From the NCBI GenBank assembly GCA_030390025.1, contig CM059431.1, forward strand, positions 102,860,001-102,924,000: a stretch of 64,000 bases of DNA. Direction: 5' to 3'. Source of the stretch: Squalus acanthias. Taxonomy: Eukaryota. This document shows, in pieces, positions 34,745 to 46,854 of the stretch (within the stretch, counting starts at the first letter, position 1; each line of letters opens with the position of its first letter). The position numbers were made by a program, and so were the translations under genes. A model generated the notes under the pieces. It was not told the DNA's origin, did not search any database, and saw nothing but the letters and a program-made list of their open reading frames with translations.

Positions 34745-35225
34745 GGGTACAGCAGCATAGTGGTTCTGTTACTGGACTCATAATCCTGAGGCCTGGACTA
34801 ATGATCCGGAGACAGTGAGTTCAAATCCCACCACGGCAGCAGGGGAAATTCAGTTAATTAAATAAATCTGGAATAAAAAGCTGGTATCACTGATGGTGAT
34901 ATGAAACTACCGGATTGTCGTAAAAACCCAACTGATTCACTAATGTCCTTGAGGGAAGGAAATTTGCCGTCCTTACCCGGTCTGGCTTATATGTGACTCC
35001 AGACCCACAGCCATGTGGTTGACTCTTAACTGCTCCTCGAAATGGCCGAGCCAGCCAGTCAGTTGTACCAAACCGCTATGACAAAGTCGCCACTGTGGGA
35101 GTACCTTCACCACATAGACTGCAGCGGTTCAAGAAGGCAGCTCGCCACCACCTTCTCAAGGGCAATTGTGGGGATGGGCAATAAATGCCAGCCAGTGACG
35201 CCCACATCCCGTGAACATATATATA
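34745..35225 (+). mobile_element. Full-length tRNA-derived SINE family 2 with a Zenon-like LINE tail
   Basis: A box-like agcatagtgg, B box agttcaaatcc, central domain; 35091-35215 is shared with the LINE 3' end at about 55613-55740. Confidence 0.85.
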
Positions 35226-35904
35226 TAAAAGAACAGGAGCACTGAAGACTGTGGGTGGTCGTGAGTACAACTTAATATTGCTTCAACACACTGCCCATCG
35301 AGTACTGTTTGATTGTATTCAGCCCATTATATAACATGAAGGATCTATTGATGAACCCTCCATTGAATATCTCTGCTATCAAGTGAAACTAATCTGATTC
35401 CGTTTTGTACAGTTAAGTTTTCAATCCCCTGGCTCTCATCATGCATTATTTATGTGCAAAATAACGCATAAAACCTTTCCACTGGTCACTTACTGTTATG
35501 AAATTTCTCATCTGAAAAGACTGTTATGGGATCTATCTACAAATGCCACACAGTATTGATAGCACAAAGAACTAAGGCAGTTCTGAGGCTGGAAGTCGCT
35601 GGGAGTCTTTAAATTTGGACCGTCTAAAATTGAATTTACACGCTTATCAAGCTGGGCAAGGAAAGCCCATTATGAAGCTATCACTGAGTCACGTTTAATC
35701 ACTTTTTATTTGTCTGTAGACGCACTGCAATTCCACCACGTTGAGGCGTTAAGTTCTACGACAGTGAAATTTAGGTCATGCATATTCATTAAGCTTTGAA
35801 TATTGGTGCAGTTTGCAAGGTGTACTGATCCTGATAAAGTAGTCACATTGAATTTAATTTCTCACATTGAACTGTGTTTTTCCATTGGAAACCGGTTTTC
35901 ACCT

Positions 35905-36436
35905 CAGGAGGGATATATTGGGCTTGGAGGGGGCGAGGTGCAGATTCACCAGAACTAACCGGGGCTAAAAGGGTTAAATTACGAGGACAGATTGCATAGA
36001 CTAGCGTTGGATTCCCTTGAGTATAGAAGATTAAGGGGTGATCTAATTGAGGTGTTTAAGATGATTAGAGGAGTTGATGGGGTAGAGAGAGAGAAACTAT
36101 TTTCTCTGGTGGGGGGGAGTCCAGAACAAGGGGGCATCACCTTAAAATTAGAGCCAGGCCGTTCAGGGGTGATGTCAGGAAGCACTTCTTCACTCAAAGG
36201 GGAGTAGAAATCTGGAACTCTCTCCCCCAAAAAGGTGTAGAGGCTGGGGGTAGGGGGGGGGGGGGCGGGGTCAATTGAAAATTTCAAAGCTGAGATTGAG
36301 AGATTTTTGTTAGGCCAGGGTATTAAGGGTTCCGGAACCAAGGCGGGTAGATGGAGTTAAGATACAGATCAGCCATGATCTCATTGAATGGCGGAGCAGG
36401 CTCGACGGGCTGAATGGCCTCCTATTCCTATGTTCC
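35905..36436 (+). mobile_element. CR1 3' fragment
   Basis: Encodes LEYRRLRGDLIEVFKMIRGVDGVEREKLF. Confidence 0.88.
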
Positions 36437-36634
36437 ACCGCCGAAGAATGTATTCCATATACAAAAGGCAGCCTTGTTTTGGTGTGGATACGTAACATGT
36501 TGGGGTAAATTTTCAGTTTGCTGCTGGGTGTTAATCTGTCTGAACAGATTGCTCGCCAGATATAGAATCTGCCTGATTACCTTCCGTTCATTGCGACGTG
36601 ATCCTGCAAGCCACAATAAAAACTTTGTATTATT

Positions 36635-37110
36635 GTGTCAGCTGTGGCTCAGTGGGTTGCCCTCTTGCCTCTGAGTCAGAAGGTTGTGGGTTCATAGTCC
36701 CACTCCAGAGACTTTGAGCACATAAAGCTAGGCTGACACTCCAGTGCAGTGCTGAGGGAGTGCCGCACTGTCGGAGGTGCCGTCTTTCGGATGAGACGTT
36801 AAACCGAGGCCTCGTCTGCTCTCTCAGATGGACGTAAAAGATCACACGGCCACTATTTCGAAGAAGAGCAGGGGAGTTCTCCCAGGTGTCCTGGCCAATA
36901 TTTATCCCTCAATCAACATCACTAAAAAAACAGATTATCTGGTCATTATCACATTGCTGTTTGTGGGATCTTGCTGTGCGCAAATTGGCTGCCGTGTTTC
37001 CCACATTACAACAGTGACCACACTTCAAATAGTACTTCATTGGCTGTAAAGTGCTTTGAGACGTCTGGTGGTCGTGAAAGGCGCTGTATAAATGCGAGTC
37101 TTTGTTTTTT
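36635..37110 (+). mobile_element. Full-length Deu-domain SINE
   Basis: Head, single hairpin unit, Deu core and tail. Confidence 0.92.
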
Positions 37111-37178
37111 CTTTTTTTAATCTGTAAGGTAATTTGAATCAATAACGTGCTGAAAAAAAAATATTTGGGTTCTGATTC

Positions 37179-37459
37179 GGGTTCCCAACTCTGGTTGGAC
37201 GTATTCCTGGAACTTTCATCAATTGACCTCCTGCGTCCATCGACCCGCCCGGTCAAACAGCCTTTCCTCCCATAACGTCTCTCCAATGTTCTAATAACGA
37301 ATAAACGAAAGTGTTCAAAGCAAAAAAAGAAAAGCACCCAAAATGTTTTTCTTTTATTGCCCTTGTGATTTTCCTCCCGGGTGATGCTGGCCGCAGTGTC
37401 CAGGTGATTAATCTTCAATTCCTGGAGACCCCAGGCGATGCTGGAGGGCTGGCGACCCG
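37179..37459. mobile_element. Possible old MITE
   Basis: Degenerate inverted ends gggttcccaactct / ggagggctggcgaccc. Confidence 0.4.
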
Positions 37460-37814
37460 AGTTCCGATCCTCTCGAAGTCACGTACACATTCGTAGCACA
37501 GCTGTTTTTTTTTCTCTCCCATGATTAGAGTCGAAAACTCCAAACGAATTAGCTTGATGTATGTAGACCAACAACTAATGGAGCGTAGAGGGAGGGTAAA
37601 TAATGAGGCAGTTTTTGCTGAGCGTAATCTCCAGGTGTATATAAAGCCCTCGGTGCTATCCAATCCTTTTTCATAATACTGTTGCCACTTTAATGTTCAC
37701 CAGCAGGTACTTTGTCGGATGTGCAAAGAGACTAAGGGACCATATGGCCCACGGAAAAAGCTGTAAACCTTGAGGACTGTGGGATTTTGACTGAAAATTA
37801 TATAGACTCACATC

Positions 37815-38095
37815 AGAAACAGGCTATTCGGCCCAACTGGTCCATGCCGGTGTTTATGCTCCACACAAGCCTCCTCCCACCCCTCTTCATCTCACCCTAT
37901 AAACATAACCTCCTATTCCTTTCCCCCTCGTGTTCTTATCTAGTTTCCCCTTAAATGCATCTGTGCTCTTCGCCTCAACCACTCCCTGTGGTAGCGAGTT
38001 CCACATTCTCACCACTCTCTGGGTAAAGAAGTTTCTCCCGAATACTTTATTGGATTTATTAGTGACCAGCTTATATTTATGGCCCCCCATTTTGG
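37815..38095 (-). mobile_element. CR1 3' end
   Basis: Encodes NFFTQRVVRMWNSLPQGVVEA. Confidence 0.85.
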
Positions 38096-38361
38096 ATTAG
38101 AGATTTCCTTCATGAAGGAATGGGTGGGAAAAGGATTTCTGGCTCAAAACATGAGTGGGAAATGATCCCGAATTCAGGGAAAAGGTTGGATAGCAAGCAG
38201 AGAGTCGAACCCAATGGCTAAGAGTCGGGTATGGGGCGCAACTGATAAAGTTTTGGTACATATTCAGGCCAACGGATGAGTTTAGAGATGGTATGTAGAC
38301 ATGACACAGATTAATATGCATTAATTCATCGGACATTTTTGAACCACGTTGATTATCTCTG

Positions 38362-38692
38362 TAGCCTCCTACAGCCCTCCGTGTTCTCTGCGCTCCTCCA
38401 ATTCTGGTCTCTTGCGCAACCACGATTTTCATCGCTCCACCATTGGCGGCCGTGCCTTCAGCCGCCTGGGCCCTGAGCTCTGGAATTCCCTCCCTCAATC
38501 TCTCCACCTCTCCACCTCTCTCTCCTCCTTTAAGATGCTCCTTAAAACCTACTTCTTTGACCAAGCATTTGGATGCCTGTCCTAATATCTCCTTATGTGG
38601 CTCGATGTCAAATTTTGTTTGATAATCGCTCCTGTGAAGCGCCCTGGGTAATTTTACTATGTTAAAGGCGCTATATAAATGCCAATTGTTGC
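38362..38692 (+). mobile_element. L2 3' fragment
   Basis: Encodes LRSSNSGLL...GGRAFSRLGPELWNSLP...SFKMLLKTYFF. Confidence 0.88.
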
Positions 38693-39024
38693 TGGTTTTC
38701 TAAACTGCATTAAGCACAAGCATCAAAGGAAACGAAGGCAGTCGTACTAGACTCCTGCAGCGTCGTGCTGGGATCTTTGTACCGGCGATCATTTCATTTT
38801 GCTAACCTTGGTGTGAAAATATCACAAAATCTCTCAGAAGCTGTCCCCTCCCCACCTCCCCACCCCCACCCCCACCTCCATTGCTGCCTCCGACACACCA
38901 GTCTCTTCCTGGAGAGGTGAAGGCAAATCTATTGACGTCACAATTAATGCATTCCCGAGTTCCAAGCTCTTCTGTCCCTGCGATGAAACTCCCTGCCAAC
39001 TGCACCACGCGCATTTTAATCCTG

Positions 39025-39255
39025 TACCCAGAGAGTGGTGAGAATGTGGAACTCGCTACCGCAGGGAGTGGTTGAGGTCAACAGTACAGATGCATTTCAG
39101 GTTGAAGCTGGATAAACACACGAGGGGGAAAGGAAGAGAAGGTTACGCTGAGAGGGTGAGATGAAGAGGGGTGGGAGGAGGCTGGTGTGGAGCATAAACA
39201 CCGGCACAGACCAGTTGGGCTGAACGGCCTGTTTCTTAGCTGTTAATTCTATATA
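39025..39255 (+). mobile_element. CR1 3' end
   Basis: acccagagagtggtgagaatgtggaactcgctacc. Confidence 0.8.
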
Positions 39256-39399
39256 ACGGCCTGGTTAACCCTAACAATAGCAGACAAAGTTTGAAGATCT
39301 GTCAAGGCAAGGGCCTCCAGTTCTCCCTTTTGTTTGGCCCCCCCCTTTTTTTTCCCTCCCAGAAGCTGGCAGCTGTCCTTCATTCTGCCAGTGCATTTC

Positions 39400-39696
39400 A
39401 CACTTCTTTTAGCCTCAACCTGTCACATTAACACCTCCTCTTGCCTTGATCATCTCTTAATGTCTCTCAATGTCTCTTAATCTCTCCTTTTGTTCTTTCA
39501 TCCCCTCCCCCTTTTCCCAGCTTTATACTTGCTTTAAATCTATTTCATTTCCTGCTTTTTTCCAGTTCTGACGAAAGGTCTTCGACCTGAAACGTTAACT
39601 CTGTTTCTCTCTCCACGGATGCTGCCTGGCCTGCTGAGTTTTTCCAGCGTTTTCTGTTGTTATTTCGGATTTCCAGCATCCGCAGTATTTTGCTAT
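39400..39696 (+). mobile_element. Penelope family A 3' UTR / terminal repeat
   Basis: Homologous to the reverse complements of 24915-25150 and 62050-62415. Confidence 0.8.
39564..39600 (+). ncRNA. Minimal type I hammerhead ribozyme-like motif
   Basis: AGTT-CTGACGA-A-AGGTC-ttc-GACCT-GAAA-CG-TT-AACT: perfect stems I and II, intact core, palindromic ACGT stem III. Confidence 0.72.
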
Positions 39697-40353
39697 CGCC
39701 TCCAGTTCTCTCTTGCAAGGGGGCGGGGGGGGGCTGCTCCTCTGTGAGTAGGATCACTGGACCACCTAGTCTACATTTTTATAATGTGTGAAACCCTATT
39801 AAATATTGAAGTGGAAGATTTGCCACTGCGCGCTATTTATGCCTGTCAATGTGTTACTGTAAAATTATCGAAGTGTCTCCTCCGCTGTTAAAATGTCACC
39901 AAATGATAAAATGCAGTATTGAGATGCAATCACTTATCCTTTTATGAGTTAATGATTCTGCACCACTGAAATTTTACATAATGGCTTCCACAGACATTGG
40001 GTTCCTGGTTCTTTTGAGATGGAAATGAAGTCGCAGTCATTGTGGATTGAAAATATTTAGCAGCAGTTCAAGCATTTGAATTATTGATGCCTTTGCAGTT
40101 GATCAACCCTAAACATTGTGGCAGCCTGCCATCGGTTACACTTTCCTCACTGAGAGGCCGCATCAATAACATTTTGAAGAAGTAGTTGAATCTGCTAAAG
40201 AACATCTAAAGACAGTTTAATAAAAGTGACTTATCGGCGCTTGATGTAATGCAGTTATAATGCCAAAGGCACTGCAACCTAAATGTTAAATTCATAGTCG
40301 CTGCTTTAAATCAAAGTGTGAAGTGCAGTTTGCAATTGCATTTTCTCTGTAAT

Positions 40354-41436
40354 GTGTCAGCTGTGCCTCAGTGGGTAGCGCTCTCGCCTCGCAGTCGGAA
40401 GGTTGTGGGTTTGAAGTCCCGCTCCGCAGACTTGAGCACAAAAACCCAGGTTGACGCTCCCAGTGCAGTGCTGAGGGAGCGCCGCACTGTCGGAGGGCCG
40501 CTACTGAGGGAGCGCCGCACTGTGGGAGGGGCAGTACTGAGGGAGCGCCGCACTGTCGGAGAGTCTGTACTGAGGGAGCGTCGCACTGTCGGAGGGGCAG
40601 TACTGAGGGAGCGCCGCAATGTCAGAGGGGCAGTACTGAGGGAGCGCCACACTGTCGGAGGGGCAGTACTGAGGGAGCGCCGCACTGCCGGAAGGGAAGT
40701 ACTGAGGGTGAGCTGCACTGTCGGAGGGGCGGTACTGAGGGAGCGCCGCATTGTCGGAGGGGCGGTACTGAGGGAGCACCGCATTGTCGGAGGGGCGGTA
40801 CTGAGGGAGCGCCGCACTGTCGGAGGGGCGGTACTGAGGGAGCGCCGCACAGTCGGAGGGGCAGTACTGAGGGAGCGCCACACTGTCGGAGATACAGTAC
40901 TGAGGGAGTGCCGCACTGTTGGAGGGGCAGTACTGAGGGAGTGCCGCACTGTTGGAGGGGCAGTACTGAGGGAGTGCTGCACTGTCGGAGGGGCGGTACT
41001 GAGGGAGTGCTGCACTGTCAGAGGGGAAGTACTGAGGGAGTGCCACATTGTCGAAGGGGTGGTACTGAGGGAGTGCTGCACTGTCGGAGGGGCAGTACTG
41101 AGGGAGTGCTGCACTGTCAGAGGTGCCGTCTTTCGGATGAGACGTTAAACTGAGACCCCGTCTGCCCTCTCAGGTGGATATAAAAGATCCCATGGCACTA
41201 TTTCGAAGAAGAGCAGGGGAGTTATCCCTGATGTCCTGGGGCCAATATTTATCCCTCAACCAACATAACAAAAACAGATGAGCTGGTCATTATCACATTG
41301 CTGTTTGTGGGAGCTTGCTGTGCGCAAATTGGCTGCCGCGTATCCCACATTTCAACTCCAAAAGTACTTCATTGTCTGTAAAGCGCTTTGAGACGTCCGG
41401 TGGTCGTGAAAGGCGCTGTAGAAATGCAAGTCTTTC
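40354..41436 (+). mobile_element. Full-length Deu-domain SINE with an internal 33-bp array
   Basis: Head from 40354, array, Deu core from about 41120, tail to about 41436. Confidence 0.92.
40465..41122 (+). repeat. 33-bp minisatellite, 20 units
   Basis: Counted from the 11-aa repeat in ORF 40318-41148. Confidence 0.97.
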
Positions 41437-41881
41437 AGCCTTTCACCTCTAAAGTTCGAATGTTGCTTCCAGATGCTACTTTCCAAGCTCATCTGGTAAA
41501 CTTGAAAATGGTCCCGGATCTTTTGCGATGCCCCTTTTATTGGTCCTCTCCTCACTGAGTGCTTTGAGCTTCTTTCATCCACATCCTATTAAAAGTTTAT
41601 GTTCTGCAGATTAAAATCATAAATTGGGAAAGCTTCTCTGCTGCAAACTTCAAGGTACACAAGGTTTGAAGGCAGCATGTGTGAGAGAACTTTCATAATA
41701 CTGTCCATTTTCAGCAGATCATTAACAATCAGATTGCTAAGTACTTACCCGTGAGCTGTTTCTGCTAACTGGCAATTAGATTGACGGTTAATGCTGTAAA
41801 TGACAGAATGTGATGGTTTGATTGGAAAAAAAAAGCTTCCGTTTACAATAATTTAATCTGCTTAACGGTGTTTGAAACTGT

Positions 41882-42248
41882 GTCATAGAATCATGGAAAC
41901 TTGCAGCGCAGAAGGAGGCCATTCGGCCCGTCGTGCCTGAGCTGGCTCTTTGAAAGAGCAGTCGTGCTGAGTCCCACATCCCCCCGCTTCTTGTCCGTAA
42001 CCCTGTGAGCTCCTCGTCCTCCAGAACCCGTCCGACCCCCTTTTAAAATTATTGATGGAATCAGCTTTTTAGGTCGAGCGTTCCAGATCCCGACAACTCG
42101 CTGAGTGAAAGAAATTCCCCACATCTCCCCTCTAGATCTTTTTGCAACGATTTTGAATCGATGGCCTCTGGTTATTGACCCGCTCCCTATTCACGCTAGC
42201 AAAACCTCTCAACATCTTCGACCTCTTAACCTTCTCTGTTCCAAGGAG
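41882..42248 (-). mobile_element. Degraded CR1 3' fragment
   Basis: attctatg tail; encodes SFTQRVVGIWNARP. Confidence 0.75.
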
Positions 42249-42254
42249 GGCAAG

Positions 42255-42892
42255 GAGGGGCACGGTAGCATAGTGGTTATGTCACTGGACTAACAATCCA
42301 GAGGCCTGGACTTAATGATCCCTGAGGTGTGAGTTCAAATCCCACCATGGCAGCTGGAGAATTTAAGTTCAATTAAATAAATCTGGAATAAATAGCTTGT
42401 CTAGTATCAGTAATGGTGACCATGGAACTACCAGATTGTTGTAAAAACCCATCTGGTTCACTAATGTCCTTTAGGGAAGATGTTTCCACTTGTGGGGGAG
42501 ACCAGAACAGGGACTGTAAATGTAAGATAGTCACTAATAAATTCAATAGGGAATTCAGGAGAAACTTCTTTACCCAGAGAGCAGTGAGAATGTGGAACTC
42601 GCTACCACAGGGAGTGGTTGAGGCGAACAGCACAGATGCATTTCAGGGGAGACTAGATAAAAAGCTAGTATCACTGATGGTGATATGAAACTACCGGATT
42701 GTCGTAAAAACCCAACTGATTCACTAATGTCCTTTAGGGAAGGAAATCTGCCGTCCTTACCCAGTCTGGCCTAGATGTGACTCCAGACCCACAGCAATGT
42801 GATTGACTCTTAACTGCCCTGAAATGGCCTAACAAGTCATTCAAGAAGGATGGTTCGCCGCCACCACCTTCTGGAGGGCAATAAATAAAAAG
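42255..42892 (+). mobile_element. SINE family 2 chimera with an internal CR1 piece (42478-42660)
   Basis: SINE head, CR1 segment, then SINE restarts about 80 bp upstream with different diagnostic bases. Confidence 0.8.
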
Positions 42893-43867
42893 AATAGTCC
42901 TAACTTTTCCAACCTCTCCTCATAACTAAAGTCACATCCTGGTAAACCCTTTCCAATATCTGCATTTCTTAACATTTGGAACACTGCGCACAGGAACAGA
43001 GTAGGCTGCACGTAATGCATTGGAAAGAAGGCGTAAACCTAATGCCATGCAGTTAACAAAGCTTTTTGGTCAAAAACTTCGAATGTGGTTTGAAAGAAGG
43101 TCGTGTCAGCCTCAAAGGTCACACTGCGGTTCCATTAACGACCAGATACTGATGTAATCCACCTGAAGTTAAATGCAGCAGCTGAGCACACGGCCTTTCT
43201 GAGTGACGTGATTTTTATGAACTGTATTAGGAAAATCGACTTAGGGCATGAAGAAGACCTTCAGACTTCACTTAAGGTTTGTATAAGAAAAAAGAAACCC
43301 GTGCGAGTCTGGCGGTCTAATTTGAGGTGGCTGGAAGCAGAATGTGATTTCAGAAGAGCACAGCTGTTCAAGGTGGAAGCTATTCAGCAAAGAGGGGGCT
43401 AAAATGTAACTGGCGGGCACCCTTCTGCGCTGAAATGACTTAGTATCCTTTCTTGGTAATAGTGGCAGCTTCTAATGGTTCAATCTCCCCAAAGCAAAGA
43501 ATAGGCTAACGGCAATAGTACATCCTTGTTCATAGCACAGATGCTAAATATATCTGTTCTGTGTATCACAACAAAATGGTTATTTAAGTAGAGTTTATTC
43601 CATCACTGTTGCATCAAGCAATCGGTAACTTTCCAATGCAGTTTTCCCTACAAGGTCTTTCATTTCCCTTGCATTGAATGATCCCACTGCCTATCTGAAA
43701 GGCACTTGCATTGGATATTGTGCACATTAATTTCAAGAGCTTCATGCATTAAATGCTTAGGATAACTTTCAGAAACTTAAGGGCTCAAATTGTGCTGTGA
43801 TGTGTTAATAATGAGAACATTCCCATGAAATTCCTTTGTCTACTATTTCAACTAAGGCGTTAATATT

Positions 43868-44575
43868 GGGCCAGAAATTCGTCTCTCCACGGGTGAGTAC
43901 GCGCTGTGTACTCACCCGTAAGGCCACCTGAAGTGCCGGTTTCCCGCATGCACTGCGCATGCGCGGGAAACCGGAACTTCCGTTCCCCTGAAGGAAGGGG
44001 TTCAGAAGTCGAACGCGTGCACAGGAGAGGCAGCGCGCACGCAGCGAACTTCGGTTTTTTTTCAGGTTTCTCCGGGAGGGTAAGTATGGAGAAGCTGCAC
44101 TTTAAAAAGGAGGCGCAAGGCCTGTTTTTAACAAGGTAAGTGGTTAATTAATTACAATTAAAAAAATTTTTCAACAGGTTTATCATTATTACATACTTTA
44201 AAGAAAGGTAAGTTTATTTTTAGCACCGTTAAAAAGTACAATTAATTTTTTCAAAAATTTAAATTTTTGATTAAAGTACTTAATTTATGTAACTTATAGT
44301 TATTTTAAAAATGTGATGTTTTTTTAAAAAGGTCTTCCTGTCAAATCTATGAATGAAAATGCCGTGCTCCGATTGGCTCTCCATGGCCCACGTGATCCCA
44401 GGGGACGCTTCGAACTAACTGCGCCCCTGGGATACGCAAGCACTGCGCGCCGGCAGCTGCAGGAGGCCCAGGACCCGAAGTCCTCGTGGGCCTGAAGCAC
44501 AACGGCAGGCGCGGTAGGTAAGTACGCGCACAATGCTTGCACCCGCAGGAAGCCGGAGAGCCAAATTTCTGGCCC
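43868..44575 (+). mobile_element. PIF/Harbinger-type MITE, copy 2 (708 bp)
   Basis: TIR GGGCCAGAAATT / AATTTCTGGCCC; flanks ATT/AAT. Confidence 0.85.
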
Positions 44576-44744
44576 AATATGTCCATTTCAAATTGCTTTA
44601 GTTGACATAGCAGAGAGAGAGAGGAATTAAAGTGTGGTCCGCATATCGCAAAGTGATTATGGTATTTAAATGCTTCAGAAACAAAAGTAATGGCTAATTA
44701 TTTATGAACCAAAACACTGTTTTCTTATAAACTGGATGGTCAAC

Positions 44745-45685
44745 AAGGGTATAGAGGCACTGGAGAAGGTGCAAAAAATATTGACAAGGATGATACCAGA
44801 ACTGAGATGCTATAACTTATCAGGGAAGACTGAACAGGCTGGGGCTCTTTTCTCGAGAAAAGAGAAGGCTGAGGGGCGACCTGATAGAGGTCTTTAAGAT
44901 TATTAAAGGGTTTGATAGGGTAGACGTAGAGAAGATGTTTCCACTTGTGGGGGAGACCAGAACTAGGGGTCGTAAATATAAGATAGCCACTAATAAATCC
45001 AATAGGGAATTCAGGAGAAACTTCTTTACCCAGAGAGCGGTGAGAATGTGGAACTCGCTACCACAGGGAGTGGTTGAGGCGAAGAGCATTGATGCATTTA
45101 AGGGGAGACTAGATAAGCCCATGAGGGAGAAAGGACCACCGGACGTCCCAAAGTGCTTTGCAGCCAATGAGGTACTTTTTGAAGTGTAGTCACTGTTGTA
45201 ATGTAGGAAACACAGCAGCCAATATGTGGACAGCAAACTCCCACAAACAGCAATGTGATAATGACTAGATAATCTGTTTTTTAGTGATGTTGATTGAGGG
45301 ATAAATATTGGCCAGGACACCGGGAGAACACCCCTGCTCTTCTTTGAAATAGTGCCATGAGATCTTTTACATCCACCTGAGAGAGCAGACAAGGCCTCAG
45401 TTTAACATCTCATGTGAAAAACAGCACATCTGACAGTGCAGCACACCCTCAGGAGTGTCAGCCTGGATTTTTGTGCTCAAGCCTCTGGAGTGGGACTATG
45501 AACCTGCAACCTTCTGACACAGAGGTGAGGATGCTAACCACTGAGCCACAGCTGACACAGCTTGATAGAGGGGTCTGCTGATGGGGGTGAGATGAAGTAG
45601 GATGGGAGGGGGTGTGGAGCACAAACACCAGCATGGACCTGTTGGGCCGAATGGCCTGTTTCTGTGCTGTGATTTCTATGTAACA
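44745..45685 (+). mobile_element. CR1 3' fragment (44745-45132 plus 45560-45685) split by a SINE
   Basis: Encodes FPLVGETRTRGRKYKIATNKSNREFRRNFFTQRAVRMWNSLP; UTR resumes after the SINE head. Confidence 0.85.
45134..45558 (-). mobile_element. Deu-domain SINE
   Basis: Head at about 45490-45558, Deu core, truncated tail. Confidence 0.88.
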
Positions 45686-46038
45686 TACTGAGCTTTACCA
45701 CTTCATGGATACATTGCAGTGACAATAAACTGCTTCTAATTCTTAAAAAAAAAAGCACCACCTCAAGTCTTGCTGCCAGAGCTGAGTGAGATGAACAAAT
45801 GTGCTCCCGTTGGCTCTGAAACCCAGAATGCGACTGCAGGACAATTCGCACGGCGATGTTGCACAGACGCGCCTGCAAATGTGCTGTGGTGGTCGCAGGT
45901 TTGGAGGGAAACCAGATGTGCCAGAGTGTGTCACTCATTCTGCCCCCCCCCACCACCCCCCCCACTCCCACCAGTAACCTTGGCACAAGCCTACCAATCT
46001 GAAGACTACAACGTGTATTAGCGTCTGAGGCACTGGGT

Positions 46039-46188
46039 GGGGTGATTTTTAACCTAACTCGCGGGGCGATAAACCCACGGAATCGGGCGGAACTTCAATG
46101 GAAAGTACTTTCAGGTGGGGGTGCAAAACCAGCGTTGCACTCAATCCCGTCGGTCTCCCGCCCCGCGAGTTAGGTTAAAATTGCTCCC
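46039..46188. mobile_element. Small palindromic MITE
   Basis: Perfect 22-bp inverted repeat TTTTAACCTAACTCGCGGGGCG at 46047-46068 and 46159-46180. Confidence 0.75.
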
Positions 46189-46854
46189 CCCCCCCCCACA
46201 ACTGTGTCAGCTCCGGTTGTTACACTGGAGCTAACACTGTGCCTTTCTATCGCCAGGTCTGCTGATTTGGTGCATCTCAGTCGTGCCATGAATTTAGTCC
46301 CAAATCTATATCGACACTGGTGTAAATATGGCACCAATTTCTCACAATAACACCACGAGTTGAACCAACAGCAACAACAACTTGCATTTATATAGCGCCT
46401 TTAACGTAGCAGAAGGTCCCAAGGCGCTGCACAGGAGCGTTAACACACAAAATGTGTCACAGAAGGAGATATTGGGCCAGATGACCGTAAGCTTGGTCAA
46501 AGAGGTCAGTTTTAAGGAGCGTCTTAAAGGAGGAGAGAGAGGTAGAGAGGTGGAGAGGTTTAGGCAGGGAATTCCAGAGCTCAGGGCCCCAGGCAGCCGA
46601 AGGCACAGTCACCAATGGTGGAGCGATGGAAATCGGGGATGCTCAAGAGGCCAGAATTGGAGGAGCGCAGAGATCTCGGAGGGTTGTAGGGCTGGGGGAG
46701 GTTTACAGGGATAGGGAGTGGCGAGGAGGCCATGGAGGGATTTGAAAACAAGGATGAGAATTTTTAAATTGAGTGGTTGCCGGACCGGGAGCCAATGTCG
46801 GTCAGCGAGCACAGAGGGTGATGGGTGAACGGGACTTGGTGCGAGTTAGGACAC

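Noticed and set aside
21999..41122. 33-bp arrays as CRISPR arrays
   Set aside because: Units are head-to-tail with no unique spacers, no cas genes are present, the context is vertebrate, and the unit derives from the SINE body.
21880..41153. Long ORFs of 200-276 aa over the arrays (STEGALHCRRG, GGAVLRERRTV, STAPPTVRRSL repeats) as proteins
   Set aside because: A 33-bp unit lacking stops keeps several frames open on both strands, and single-base indels switch frames in arrays 1 and 2.
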